Positions 1 to 12,242 of a DNA stretch of 64,000 nt are shown here, piece by piece (the stretch's first letter is position 1; each line of letters begins with the position of its first letter). The position numbers and the translations under genes are program-made. The DNA is from Marsupella aquatica (Eukaryota > Plantae > Marchantiophyta), in assembly GCA_973895155.1 (NCBI GenBank), contig OZ316894.1, positions 9,709,440 through 9,773,439 of the forward strand, written 5' to 3'. The notes under the pieces are model-generated. The model saw only the letters and a list, made by a program, of their open reading frames with translations. It was not told the DNA's origin and made no database searches.

Positions 1-117
1 CAGTGTCCTTGAAGAATATGCGTCTTTTAGATAAACTGTATGAGATTGCAAAATAATGGCGCATTGGATTGGATTCCATTATTGCAAATCGCTGCTCTTC
101 AATCATTGGCTCTAAAA

Positions 118-416
118 GCTCAATTGCTTATTTCAGGCAAAGTCGAGAGTGTAATAAAGTGTTTTCCTGAACAATTTCTCGCCATCCATCTAAGCTCAAT
201 TGCTTATTTCAGGCAAAGTCGACAGTGTAATATAGTGTTTTCCTGAACAATTTCTCGCCATCCATCTAAGCTCAATTGCTTATTTCAGGCAAAGTCGAGA
301 GTAATAAAGTGTTTTCCTGAACAATTTCTCGCCATCCATCTAAGCTCAATTGCTTATTTCAGGCAAAGTCGAGAGTAATAAAGAGTTTCCGGAACAATTT
401 CTTGTCATCCATCTAC
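118..416. repeat. Tandem repeat, 4 copies of a 74-76 bp unit
   Basis: Unit gctcaattgcttatttcaggcaaagtcgagag...gccatccatctaa starts at 118, 194, 270 and 344. Confidence 0.95.
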
Positions 417-1404
417 AACTCATCAAATATGGCACGCTCTCAGAATGCCAAGTCCTGTGCAATTGTTCATTATCTAGACCCCTGTACCAGACACAGACAT
501 CGCTGCAACCTTTACTAACCAGAGAATCGTCTGATGAGATCAGCAAAGTCCTCCCAGGCTTTGCAGTTCTTCAGGGTGGCAGAAATTGAGAGAAGTCTGG
601 AAGGTTGACTGTCAACTCCGTCTATCCATCTACCATTGTCCCAACCCCAAGAAAGAAGGGAAAATAAAGGTCTTATTAGAAAGTAGATGATGACAAGTTT
701 GTACTCCTGTGAAGTAGTTTGGGTGGTTGCTTGTTTGCTCTTACATAACAACAAGAAGAATAATTTTTTTAACTAAATTGAGTCCAGGCTTTGGAAAACT
801 AGGGAAAGCAAGATTAGTTAGGCATGTGCAGAAGTCTCCTCATGCAGAAATAAAGAGGGCCTTGGGAAGCCCTCCTTTGGGCCCCGGTATGTGCAGAAGT
901 CTTCTCACTGATTGATACTGTGAAAAAGAGGTTTTACTTGTGGACCCCTTAAGCAGAGCTCGATTCATTCAGAACCAGATAGTATATGATAGAATTCCAA
1001 TATATTAAGCCCGGCCATCTTTCGTTGCTGTCTCATTACTACAACACAAAAGCGATCCACCCTTTATCAATAGATTTAGAAAAGAACAATACGAGTGATC
1101 TGCTACCACCCGTTTTCGTATCACAACCTCATAACGGAGCACCTTGACCTACCTTTTGGGAAAGTGGCACAGGGCAGACTCACTGTCATCGTCAAATCCA
1201 GATGAAAGTCCGTTCACACTATGGTCTTTCCAAACTCGACCCAACAACTCGGTTCGACTCATCGGATCAACTCACAAGATCAAATACATGGAAAGGAAAC
1301 CTAGAGAGGACTCAATTAGCCGATACTTACTCTCAAAACCGTGCTCATATTAAAAAGAAATGCATTAAACACCAACGAAGATGACTCATCATGCTGCAAG
1401 CAAG

Positions 1405-1632
1405 AAGGAATTCTTGGAGTCCGCCTAAATTGCATGTGAAACCGATGCATCCATAAAAGCTTACTCAGTTTTTTCTGTTCTACATGATTGTGTCTTCGAC
1501 CAATTGCTCAGTGTCTCAAATCCCAGAACATGCTTTGCAAGAATCTTAAGGCCCACCCTTTACAGTTCTGCATCCTTTAAATACGCAACTTCAAGCTTGC
1601 AAGCTTAGTCAGCTCAACTTCAGCACCGCAAC
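1405..1632 (-). pseudogene. Decayed extra copy of the WEX exonuclease last exon
   Basis: The minus strand reads CGAEVELTK..VAYLKDAEL*RVGLKILAKHVLGF..TLSNWSK..AFMDASVSHAI. This is homologous to the WEX last exon but carries stops and indels. It abuts the stop codon of the 1620 copy. Confidence 0.85.
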
Positions 1633-3400
1633 TTGGTCCACCGAGACTCTTGCAGTTTGCTAAAAATCGCATGTGAAACCCATGCATCTATACAAGCATA
1701 CTTGATTTGGTCTGCGTCGAGAATCGAAGTCGCCCAATTGCTCAATGTAATAGCTTTACTCTTGTTCATCTGAAATCCCAAGACACGCTGTGCAAGAATC
1801 TTTAGACCCGCCTTCTTTAGCTCTGCATTCTTCAAGCGAGCCACTGCGAGAGAAGTCAGCTCTACTTCACCAGCACAAACGAGTCCGAAATCGCGAAGCA
1901 GTTTTTGTACAACACATCAAAATCAGAGTGTCACTTTTCTGTCAACTGAGACTTCTGCACATACCGAAAGAATCTGGCTTTCCCGTATGCAGAAGACGTC
2001 TCAATGTTTTTCCATTTCAGCTGCATTGAGGACTTTCTTGGCAGACCGAAAAATCGGAGGACGGTTGACAAAGAAGTCTCTTATGACAATCCTATTTACT
2101 GACAATCATTCCCTCAAGAGTGACCTCATAAACCGAATTTTACCTCTCAGAGCTTAAGAGAGATACTTACTCTGGTATCGCCAAGAATTCCCACACCGAT
2201 AATTTTCCGCTCCCGGTCCTTCAGAAATTGTACCAGCGCACTAGGGATCGAATCGAGAAACAGCATTTGGATGATCAGACACTCTGTTTCACTGCTTATC
2301 TGCATCAGGGCGACTTTGTTTTCCGGTTGGCCTTTGTGCTTGTTGGGCTCCCACTCCAGATCGAGTCCAAAACACTTGCCCGTTTGCTGCTCTATCCAAT
2401 CTTGAGCCACAGTGCCCTCCTTCGTAATGGTAACCTTGATTGTTTTGCCATCCACTAGGACGTCCTCGTGAGTAGTCCACAATTGAGTTTTTTCTGATAA
2501 TCTCCCGAGTCTTAACAAGCAATTGACTTTCAGTGTCTCCATTCACCGCGTGGCTTCCTCTTTTCTCGTCGTCTTCCCTTCGGCAGCGTGGCTATGGACT
2601 AGACCCTTGCCGCTTCCACCTTGTTGAGTAATTGCTGGTGTATTTGCTGCTATCTGCTGACCAGTTGCTGCTGAACGAGTCGACGCCATGTTTTCCTTGA
2701 TTCCTGAAATTGAACTCATATTATCAATCGGAAAAAATTAAGGAAAAACAAAAAAGCATGCTTTATAACTAAAATGCAATGATAAACTTCAAGAGAATTA
2801 AAGAGCATCAATAGAGAACTCAGTTGTCAACTTACGGGATCTGTAGGGCTTCTACGGAGAGAATTGAATCGCAGAGACTGAGCGGCAACAAAGCGTAGTC
2901 TTGTAGCAGCAGAACTCTCGAGTGGTAGGAGAACTGTGGCTGAGCATTCGACAGCTTCCAAAATATATAGGAGTCCATCCCCTCAAGGACCATTGGCCGA
3001 CGCATCTCTGACGACTGCTTTTGACGACTGCTTCGACGTTAAATGATTTCTCTACATTCAATATGGAATGCTGAGGTTCAGAGTAAGCTTCCCCAAGACT
3101 CCGTAAAACCACGACCACCGTACCAGACTGTGTGAAGTGTCTGCCACTCTCTTCCGTCAATTCTAACACAACCGTACTGGACTGAAGTGAAGTGAAATCG
3201 AAGCCACTCTCTTCAGCTTCGATTACTAAACACTCCAATGATCAGCGTACCGTACTGATGCGAAATCGCCGCCTCTCGTCTGTCTCGATTTCTTCAGGTA
3301 AATTTCGAATCCTTTTCGACTGCGCCAGGAACTTCTCAATCTCCTGCCTGTGCTCTCTCTCGACAGGAAAAAATGGATTTCCCTCATGTGTCTACCTGGG
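1620..3400 (-). pseudogene. Werner-syndrome-like DEDDy 3'-5' exonuclease paralog, probably pseudogenised
   Basis: ExoI (GLDLEW), ExoII (GILGD) and ExoIII (YACIDA) motifs are present. Exon 2542..2171 ends at a GTAAGT donor, and the last exon would be 1904..1620. The acceptor is mutated (tacAG to tacAA at 1905). There is an in-frame TGA at 2545-2543 and compensating indels at ~2548 and ~2505 relative to the paralog. The upstream segment 2852-3400 aligns with the paralog's N-terminus. Confidence 0.8.
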
Positions 3401-4231
3401 TAGGACATCAAAATACTTTCCTAAATCAGCACTTACTGAGTGCCATGATGGGTGCTTAAATTGAAAGGACAATTCTCCTCTCTGAGACGTAAACTTTTCT
3501 CCTCTCTCCCTCTTTGACATAAGCATCTTTTCCTTCAGAAACCGAGCTTCCAGTTCCTAACATTTCTAAATGCAGAGATCTATCACTACCCCGGAAGAGT
3601 ACGATCCCGGACAAAGAATTCCATTACCAGCAGAATAATTCATTGTTCTGTCCCTACTTCCCATCCCTCAAATTCAAACTAGCCAAAGCAGTGAGATCCA
3701 GCTACCTACCAAGGTATTCCAGGCCAGATTTTGCAAAGACCCCACAACCATTCACACAACCCCCCAAAATAATCACAAGTTTCAACCCTAAGCTCTTCTT
3801 TCCATCCTCATGGTTTTTTTCTCTTGCATTCTCAACTACGCCCCCTAACTTTCGCTTCCCTGTCGTAAGTCCGCCTTTCTTTGTCGGTAAAAGTTTCTCG
3901 CTCCAGAAGGAAATTGGAGGATTGTACTGCCTATCGCAAACAAAGCATTCGAATCAATTACTCTAGTGGAGGGAAACTGTACTATAGAGAGAGTGAGACA
4001 CGTAGAACCATTGTGAGAAGCCAATCGAAGAAACTTTTGAGCCCTGAATCAGATTCGGTCCCGGTCATCCGTCCAGACTAGTGCATTATCATTATACTAC
4101 CTATCTCTGGTCGTGAAGATTATAGCAGATAGACGAACGAAGGAGCATTCAACGAACCTGCAGAGCCGTGAGAAAAGAATGCCGTGCAGCATCGAGATCT
4201 CATCGTCGTAGGCGCAATAGGACAGTCCCGG

Positions 4232-4460
4232 CAATAATAATTCCAGCTCCAGCAAACGGCCTCCGTCTGCACGCTTGTACGCTCCTATCCTTCTGCTGAT
4301 GAATCATGAGTTGGCGATCCTCTCGCTTCGGGTGATCTCATCTCATCTCCTCTCCTACCCATCAATAAAAATTCCAGCTCCAACAAATCGGCCTCCGTTC
4401 CGCATACTCGTATCCTACTGCTGATGAATCATGCGTTGGCCGTCTCGATCCGGTGCTGTC
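4232..4460. repeat. Imperfect direct duplication (~130 bp)
   Basis: aata..aattccagctcca.caaa..ggcctccgt...ctgctgatgaatcatg.gttggc occurs twice. Confidence 0.75.
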
Positions 4461-4935
4461 TCTCTCTCTCTCTCTCCACAGACCCTATTGCTCCTCTCCT
4501 CTTCTTTCCCTCACGGGATCTGTACAACAACCCACCAGATCCCATGTGTTTTCAGAATTCATAGTTTTCCTAGAATGCCGTCGTTGCAGCCAATGTGTTG
4601 CAGCCAATTCAAACTCTTCCTAGAATGTGAGAACCCAGACGATGTGTTTTGAGTACAGTACCACTGTACGTGTTAACTAGGTTGAGTGATTCAACTCACA
4701 GATTTGGAATTGTGTTGTTCAAGGTGAATGTACATTTTCCACTCTCTTTCATGAAGAACGGCATTTGCATGGCAGTCGCAGTAGGTTTGGCCTGCATTTC
4801 GATGACTCACAGTGTATGTCCAGGCATTCTTAACTCAAGAGAACTTTTCTTTTTAGGTTCCTGGCTTAATTAGATTGTGTGTCTAGCCGTTCCAACTCAA
4901 GGGAAGTTTCCTATTCAATTTCTCACTCAAAATGT

Positions 4936-5150
4936 GTCCAGGCCTTCTAAGCCCTGAACTCAAGAGAACTTCCCATGTCGTGAGGCATTCGGTGAGCAGC
5001 ATACCGAAATCAAAGACAAGAACGTTTTTTGTATGTACTTTTGAGTCCAGGCCTTCTAAACCCTTAACTCGAGAACTTCCCATGTCGTGAGGCATTCGGT
5101 GAGCAGCATACCGAAATCAAAGACGAGAACATTTTTTGCATGTACTTTTG
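4936..5150. repeat. Tandem duplication of ~108 bp
   Basis: gtccaggccttctaa...gagaacttcccatgtcgtgaggcattcggtgagcagcataccgaaatcaaagac...tgtacttttga occurs twice. A partial copy lies near 4817. Confidence 0.9.
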
Positions 5151-5274
5151 AATCAACAAAGTATTTTCTTTTCGCTGTGCATGCCAATCTGTTAACTTAC
5201 TTGGTGGTCCAAATTGACAGGGTGGGGTGAGTGATGGGGTGGATGGGTGTGGGAGTGGAAATGACAATGTAGTA

Positions 5275-5610
5275 GGGCATCTCAAATATGGAAAAAAAGC
5301 TTCATACACGGGCGGCCCGAGACACAGTCCGGCACACCGCGTGAGGGTTGATGCGGGCCAACATTTTTTTGAGTACTCAATTATGACACGAGTCACAGAG
5401 GCAAATGCCGATGGCCTATTGTTCGTTAGCCTTTCGTTCTTTGTTCGTTTTTGGTAATCCCGGTCGGTCGGAGCTTTCCCGGGCGTGACTGGTCAGGCAC
5501 CACAATCGGTGCCCGACCAGTCCTGCCCGGAGGCCCGGGCACCGATACTCCCGGGCGCAGAAAATTACTCAAACACCCTATATTTGAAACACCCTATATT
5601 TGAGACGCCC
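5275..5610. mobile_element. MITE (336 bp) with PIF/Harbinger-Tourist-like TIRs
   Basis: Left end GGGCATCTCAAATATGG; reverse complement of right end GGGCGTCTCAAATATAG. TA flanks both sides. The interior is GC-rich and non-coding. Confidence 0.75.
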
Positions 5611-6472
5611 TAATAATTCAGGTGGGTGGAGGAAGGGGTGTCTAAGGTGTAGGTTGCTTTGTGTGTGTTTGGACACCAAGTTCGGGATTCAAATCCGCAA
5701 TAGAGAATCTTGATCGTCCTCTCGTAGATAATAGTTTCTAACAGCATTTATATCCAAACATTTGCATCTCCGTAGATGAACTTTATAAATGGCTGCCCAC
5801 CTTGACACCCTCAATTGCCTCAACTAATTTTCTCAAAGACTGCCGCCTTCCTGTTCCTTTAACGTGATTGTGTTCTCTTATGCATTCTGCATTCTTCTTG
5901 ACAACTATGCATTGAGTTGATAGTACAAAAACTTTCTGCGGAAATGTGACAAAGGTTTCCCTTCTCGTAACTTAAGTGAACGACCCTCCCAACCTCGCCA
6001 CTCCAAGCCACCATCCACACTCCCCAACTCCCGATTCCCAATTCCCCAGTTCATCTCGCCCCACTCACCACCTACCCTTCCGCGTTCTGTGGGGAACAGC
6101 CAGCCGTCCCTACATTGTCACAAAAAACAAAAAGAAGCACTGCCACAAAACCATAAGGAACTGCGTCACCAGAATCATTTGGAACACTTCCACCTAGCTT
6201 TTGGGGTTGGGGCACAGGTCACACTCCCTGCCAGTCAAATCCAGATGTACTTACTTTCTTTTTCAGACGTAGTTGCAGCACGGAAGTACCAACAAACCTC
6301 AACCCAACAACTCTTGTCCACTAAGACTATCACGGCCTGGGCAACGAGGAAATGAAACCCAGATACGGTTCAATTGTCCAATAATTTGGCTATCAGAATC
6401 GTTCTCATAGTACAAATGAATAGTTATTCAATATTCCTTGGTAACAAATCGATTTATCCTTTTACGTGGTAA

Positions 6473-8387
6473 TCAAGCTGTAAGAACAGGGGATTCTTGC
6501 AATCTGTCAAAAATCGCATGTGAAATCCATGCGTCTATACATGCATACTCGACTTGTCTTCTGTCTAAATGTGACTTCGACCAATTGCTCATGGTAACAC
6601 TTTTACTCTTGTTCATGTCAAATCCTATGACATGCTTTGCAAGAACCTTCAGACCCACCCTTTTCAGTTCTTCGTTCTTAAAGTGAGCCACTGCGAGCGT
6701 TGTCAGCTCTACTTCACCACCGCACATGAGTCCAAAATCGCGGCGCAGTTTCTGTACAACAGATCAATATCAGAGTGAAAACTTGTTGACACAAAAGTAC
6801 TTGGTGAGTCCTGCGCGCACCGACAGAATCTGGTATTCCCTTATGCTCCAAATAATATTGATAAAAAATCAGCATTGTCGAAAGAGTTATAAAAACACAA
6901 GAGCCTTTGAACCGACTTCTCTCAACGGAGCATCAGTTCCTTTCACTGAAAAGTCTTTCGAAACTAAACGTAGGACAATCTGAGGTTGCTACAAAAGACC
7001 AAGGAGAAGAAAATGGACGACGGGGTCGTCAAGGGCTAACCCTACTTTTCATTTATAAACGGTCGAAGGCAGCAAGCTGGGAATTGACAATCTTCCTTGA
7101 TTCTTAACAATCTTATAAATCTACATCTAATTCACAGGAAAGATGAAATGAAGCTAATTCCTGCATATTCCACTCTCACTTAAACAGCATACTTTCTGGG
7201 CAGCCCGCAAGTGTCCTAAAGTTGTAATTCTGTTATTTTCGACAAGTATCAGCAGAAGAAGTTTCAATGTTGTTCATTTCCACCACATCGGACTATTTTG
7301 ACAGATACAAAAACTCGGAGGACAATTGGCAAGGAAATCTCTAGTGAGGGACTCACCCTCCAACAAGTGACCTCAGAAACCAAATAAGGGAGATACTCAC
7401 TTTGGTGTCGCCATGAATTCCCACACCGACAATTTTTCGCTCCGGGTCCTTCAAAAATTGGACCAGTGCACTCGGCATGGAATCGAGAAACAGCATTTGT
7501 ATAAGCAGACACTCTTTGTCGCCGCTGATCTGCATGAGGGCGACTTTGTTTTCCGGTTGGCCTTTGCGCCGGTTGGGCTGCCACTCCAAATCGAGTCCAA
7601 AACTTTTTCCCGTTTGCTGCGCTATCCAATCCTGAGCCACACTACTCTCCTTCGTAATGGTGACCTTGATTGTCTTGCCATTCACAACGACGTCCACAAT
7701 TGTGGTCTTTTCTTTGACGACGTTCATTTGCCCCAGTTGTGAAGGTATACTGCGGAAAGCCCCTGAACCGACAGGAACGGGGGAATCCTTTCCATGGGGT
7801 GAATTGGCACGTTGGGGTGGTGAAACAAATACAGACCTTTTGCAGACATATTGCCATACTCGAGCTTCTTCTGATAATTTCTGTGCCTTCACCGGCAGTT
7901 GACCTTCACTGTCTCCACCATCCACGGCACCTTCCTCTCGTTTTCTCTTCGTCTTCCCTTCGGCTGCTCCGCTATGGGCTAGACCATTGCCGCTCGCACC
8001 CCTGAGTAATAATTTCGAGTGCAAAGATTCAAAACCTTCAGAATTCTCACTACCGCTTCCATCCTCTGTAATGCACGAGTCCAGATGCCCAGGCCCTGTG
8101 GAGTTCTCACTGCATAATGTCGCAGTCTCGTTTCTGACAACAAGTGAAGTACTCGATTCGACATGGACAATCTGAGCAGCATTGGCCGACGCATCTCTAA
8201 CGACTGATTCAACGTTGGATAACTTCTTTCCATTCAATTGGGAAAGCTGATGTTTAGAGAACGCTTCCTCTACAGTGAACACGCGCGCGACCACCGTACT
8301 GGACTTATGTGGAATCGCCGCTACGCTCTTCCGTCTCGATTTCTTCTTCTTCTCCATTTTAGAATCCTTCTCGACTGCGCCGGGCAT
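6473..8387 (-). CDS. WEX: Werner-syndrome-like 3'-5' exonuclease (DEDDy) with long N-terminal low-complexity extension, 2 exons
   Basis: Exon 1 is 8387..7401 (..GIHGDTK|GTGAGT) and exon 2 is 6751..6473 (tacag|KLRRDFGLMCGGEVEL..). The join is phase 0 and in frame. Catalytic motifs GLDLEW, GIHGD and YACIDA plus SNW are intact. Basic NLS-like runs KKKKSRRK and KTKRKR are present. Confidence 0.9.
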
Positions 8388-9274
8388 CTCTCACTCTCCT
8401 GCCTTTCCTCTCTCTGAACAAGAAAGAATAGATGCTTCTCCCTGTCTCTCCCTTAGTAGAAGACCATATACTTTCCTCAATCAGCATAAGCGGTCTGTTA
8501 TTAGAGTGATGAACTTCGAAGGACAATTGCTATTTTTCTCATCTCCAAGAATAGATGTCGAGCAACTCTATCTACAGAAACCGAACTCCCAATCCCTGTA
8601 GATTTTCCTACGTGGATAGATCTCTCACTATCCGCAGAAGAAGACGATCCCGAGGAAAGAATTTCACCACAAGCCGAAACCCTAATTTTGATGTCGCTAG
8701 TTGCCAGCATTTCCCTCACATTCAAACAGGAAGTAAGAGAATTTCAGCTGCCTCCGGAAGATTTAACGGACCCCTGCACTCCAAACAAGATCTCGCCTAA
8801 AACTGGCAACCACGCCGACAAACCCTATAAACAATCACCAATTCCGCCCGTCCGCTCTGATTTCCATACCAAGGGTTTATGCTCCTGCATTCCTCTTTCT
8901 ACAAACCCTAACTTCCAGTTCCCGTCGACAAACCGCGTCATTTTGGTGCGCCACAAGGTCCCGCTTCGTGTGCCACAGTCTCCCGGTGGAGAGGGAAATT
9001 GAAGGGCTGCGGCATCGACGAAGCTCGTCGAAGAATGGAGGCCGTGCGCGGTCTGTCAGCCACAAAACGTTCGTATCTGCAGCATCTCCACCGATGTTTT
9101 TCCAGGAATTCGGTGAAGGTCGAGAGAGACACACGAATTGGAGTTTTAAGCCCAGCGAAGATACTGTTGACCCTGGCCTAAGATTCGATCGCGGTCGTCC
9201 TTTCAGGGGCATTAGGGCTCATTAGGGCTCGCAGATTGTCTAAATCTGACCTTTTTTGGCGGGTTATTCATTTG

Positions 9275-9555
9275 CACCTTTTAATTATTTTGTAACTAAA
9301 AATATTTTAATTCACAATATTGTCACTATTTTTTTATATTTATAAAAATGTCACGGGTTTTGTATACATATGATCAGTCTACCAAAGTAATCAGGGGAAC
9401 TATATGCGAAAACCATAACATTTTTATAAATACTAAAAACACACTGATAATATTATAAATTCAAACAGTTTTAGTGACAATATACTTAAAAGAAAAATCA
9501 TTCCAAAGAATATTATAAATTCAAACATCTTTAGTCACAATGTATTTAAAAGTTG
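9275..9555. mobile_element. AT-rich foldback / Mutator-like MITE
   Basis: A 10-bp direct repeat TATTCATTTG lies at 9265-9274 and 9556-9565. Ends are CACCTTTTAA and CAACTTTTAA (rc). There are ~90-bp imperfect inverted arms, with part of the right arm duplicated. Confidence 0.75.
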
Positions 9556-10150
9556 TATTCATTTGTTTCTTTGAAACCAAACACATTCATCATAGGATAG
9601 ACTATCTACTCAGAAGCATGCAATTGTGTAGGGGAGCCAGAACGGGGTCATGCCCAGTGAAGATAGTGTTAAACCTAGCTTAAGATTTGATAGTGGTAGT
9701 TTGTCCAGGCACATTAGGGTTTTTCTATTTTCTAAATCTGACTTCTTTTTTTTGTTATTGTTGCCTTGAAACCAAAACCCATCCTACAAAGGATAGGCTA
9801 TTTACTTCGGAGCATGCAACTCTATAGGGGAGTAAAGGGGTCCTGCCCAGTGACAATAGTGTTGTACCCGGCATAAGATTTTATCACGGTTGTCCGTTCA
9901 GGCGCATGAGGGATCGTCTATTTTCTAAATCTTACTTTCTGTTGTTGTTTTTATTGTTGCCTTGAAACCTAAACCCATCCTAGAGGATAGACTATTTTAT
10001 TTTATTGCCTTGGAAAATCTATTTGCCTTTAGGATCTTTAAGAGGATAGACTATTTACTCTGGAGCATGCAACTCTGTAAAGGAGCCACAATGGGGCCAT
10101 GCCCAGCGAAGCTATTGTGGAATCCGGTGTAAGATTTTATTGTGATCGTC

Positions 10151-12048
10151 AGTGGTGAACCTTGCCACCCAACGCCCTCACCAATCCCAGCACCCACGCC
10201 TAAGTGCCCTTGGTGCCCGAACTCCTCCACGGAATACCTCGAGCAAGCAACCCGATGCCCCTTGCACCGCCTGCGGCCCCTCCCATATGAAGTCGCATTT
10301 GTTTTCCAACATGATTGCTACTCAGCAGTCCTCACAGTCTGCACAAGCAACCAAGCATCTTGGTAAGTAACCCTTCAGGATCTAGATCTCCCAAGTCTAG
10401 CATCCTAACTCAAACTCAACAAACATTGGTAAGTAGGTCAGCAATAGGTTTGTCCAGAACAACTCCTTCCTTGGGCACAGCCCGGGCCCGAGCCCGGGTT
10501 CCTCCTCGTACCTATCCATCACCAACTGACCGTCCTGCCCCCAGGACATGCTCATGGCCCAAATAGCATAGCTTGTCCTAAAGCTTATCCCAACACGCTG
10601 GGACAAGAATGGCCCCGACGCTAGCAACAAACTCCCGGTTCTCGCCCAACTGATGCTCTGGGGGTAAGTGCCCTTGGAACTCAACCTCCATGCCTACTTG
10701 GCCTTGCCTCCCCAACACAAGCTCCCTTGAGAGACTGAACGCGGCTTGGCTGTTGTTTCGGCAGGATGTTGTGCGCATACACATTGCTGCACAACATACA
10801 TTGCTTGTCACATATATCCAGACATAGTCGCACTGCCACATCACAAACACAAGAGAATGGAATATAAGTGGAACTCATGTCCACATGTGTCCAAAACCCA
10901 CAATAATCTCAATAGAATCCGAACAACGATCGACGCCAACAATACCCACTCAATCCCGTTAGATCTGATCACACACGTCTGTCGAGCCAACGCACCTTGC
11001 ACTCATTCAAGGAATCCATGCTACATAGAGAGAGCTCGTAGCCACCATAGCCACCACACAAGCTCTCCTCTCCAAGGCTCAACATTGAAAGATAACCTTT
11101 CAATGCCTCACAAGAGAGAACTACCCTCTCACACAAACCTAACGGAACCTTATCGGCTCATAGCACACACGGATCTAGATAGTACGATACACTCTAACAC
11201 TACCTAGAATGGTGTGACAAGGATTTGGCAAGGGGGCGAGATAGCCCCCGCAAACCTCGAGAACCTATGGCAACCCTAGACTCAGCTGAGCTTAGGAGGA
11301 CGTAGCCCTCCTCGAGAGCTTTCCAACGCACCCAAGAAGTCTTCCAACGGACTCCCATTGAGAAGTTATCGTCATTTCCGTTTTGCGTTTTCCCTTAGTG
11401 TCGTGACCGTCGCGGCTCACGATTTTGGCTCGGCCTTAGCCCCCAGGGAGACACCCCTCCCCTCATGTATGCTTCTGGAGACCTGCCACCCCCGGCCAAC
11501 TTTGGTCCCCAAATTTTGGCCCCCCACCTGGACCCCAACCCGCATGTTTGGGTGCACCACCAATTGACAATGTCCATAACTTTCTAGTTAGGCGCCCGCA
11601 AGCAGAGTGCCTTAGCCCGTTGTGATTGGGCCGACCTAGTGCTCATGCCTAGGTCCTTAGGTCCCATCGTCGCTCAGGGCCCCCGATCGGTCAAACCCGG
11701 GCCATAACTTGCGCCCCAAGCATCCGTTGCCCATGGAGTCAACTTCATTGGCCTTGGGCCCAAGCGGAGCTCTCACTCAAGCCCTCAAAGTCCGTCCAGG
11801 GGTCCGGATGGTCAACCTTGAGCCCGACCCTTTTCCCTTTGACCCGACCAGCCTTCAGCTAGTCTAAGTCCTTAGTGTGTGTCACTAGCTTAGCGCCTTG
11901 CCTTCACCAATGCCACGCCTTGTTGCCCACAAGTCTCCCCATGCTAAGTCCTCCCCGGATGACCTATCTGGGCCTGGACCATAAGGGAGCTCGGCATCGG
12001 AGTCAGCGACGACGGAGCTAAGTGTTAAGGTAGTCGAGTCCTACGACT
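10151..12048. mobile_element. Solo LTR-like element (1,898 bp) with AGT...ACT termini
   Basis: A 5-bp TSD TCGTC lies at 10146-10150 and 12049-12053, and the satellite unit resumes exactly after it. There is no long coding ORF. It contains the gagagctttccaacg...gaagttat motif typical of plant Ty3/gypsy LTRs (~11314-11369). Confidence 0.75.
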
Positions 12049-12112
12049 TCGTCCATTTAGGAGCATCAGGGGTCTTCTATTTTCTAAATCTGACTTTTTT
12101 TCTGTTGTTATT

Positions 12113-12242
12113 AATTTTTAATTGTTTTAAAGGGGAAATCTGTGAAACCCCACAGAAAGGGAAGAGTCAACCACAATAGTTGAACCTAAGACCTATCATT
12201 CTCTACTCAAGTGAACTACCACAAAGTCATGCCTCTCTAGGC
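12113..12242 (-). mobile_element. Short tRNA-derived SINE-like insertion
   Basis: Flanked by tttctgttgttatt (12099-12112) and tttctgctgttatt (12243-12256). The minus strand has a B-box-like GGTTCAACT and an A-rich tail. Confidence 0.55.

Noticed and set aside
118-416. Regular repeats resembling a CRISPR array (also 20150-20970 and 51360-51780)
   Set aside because: Units are contiguous with no unique spacers, there are no cas genes, and the context is eukaryotic.
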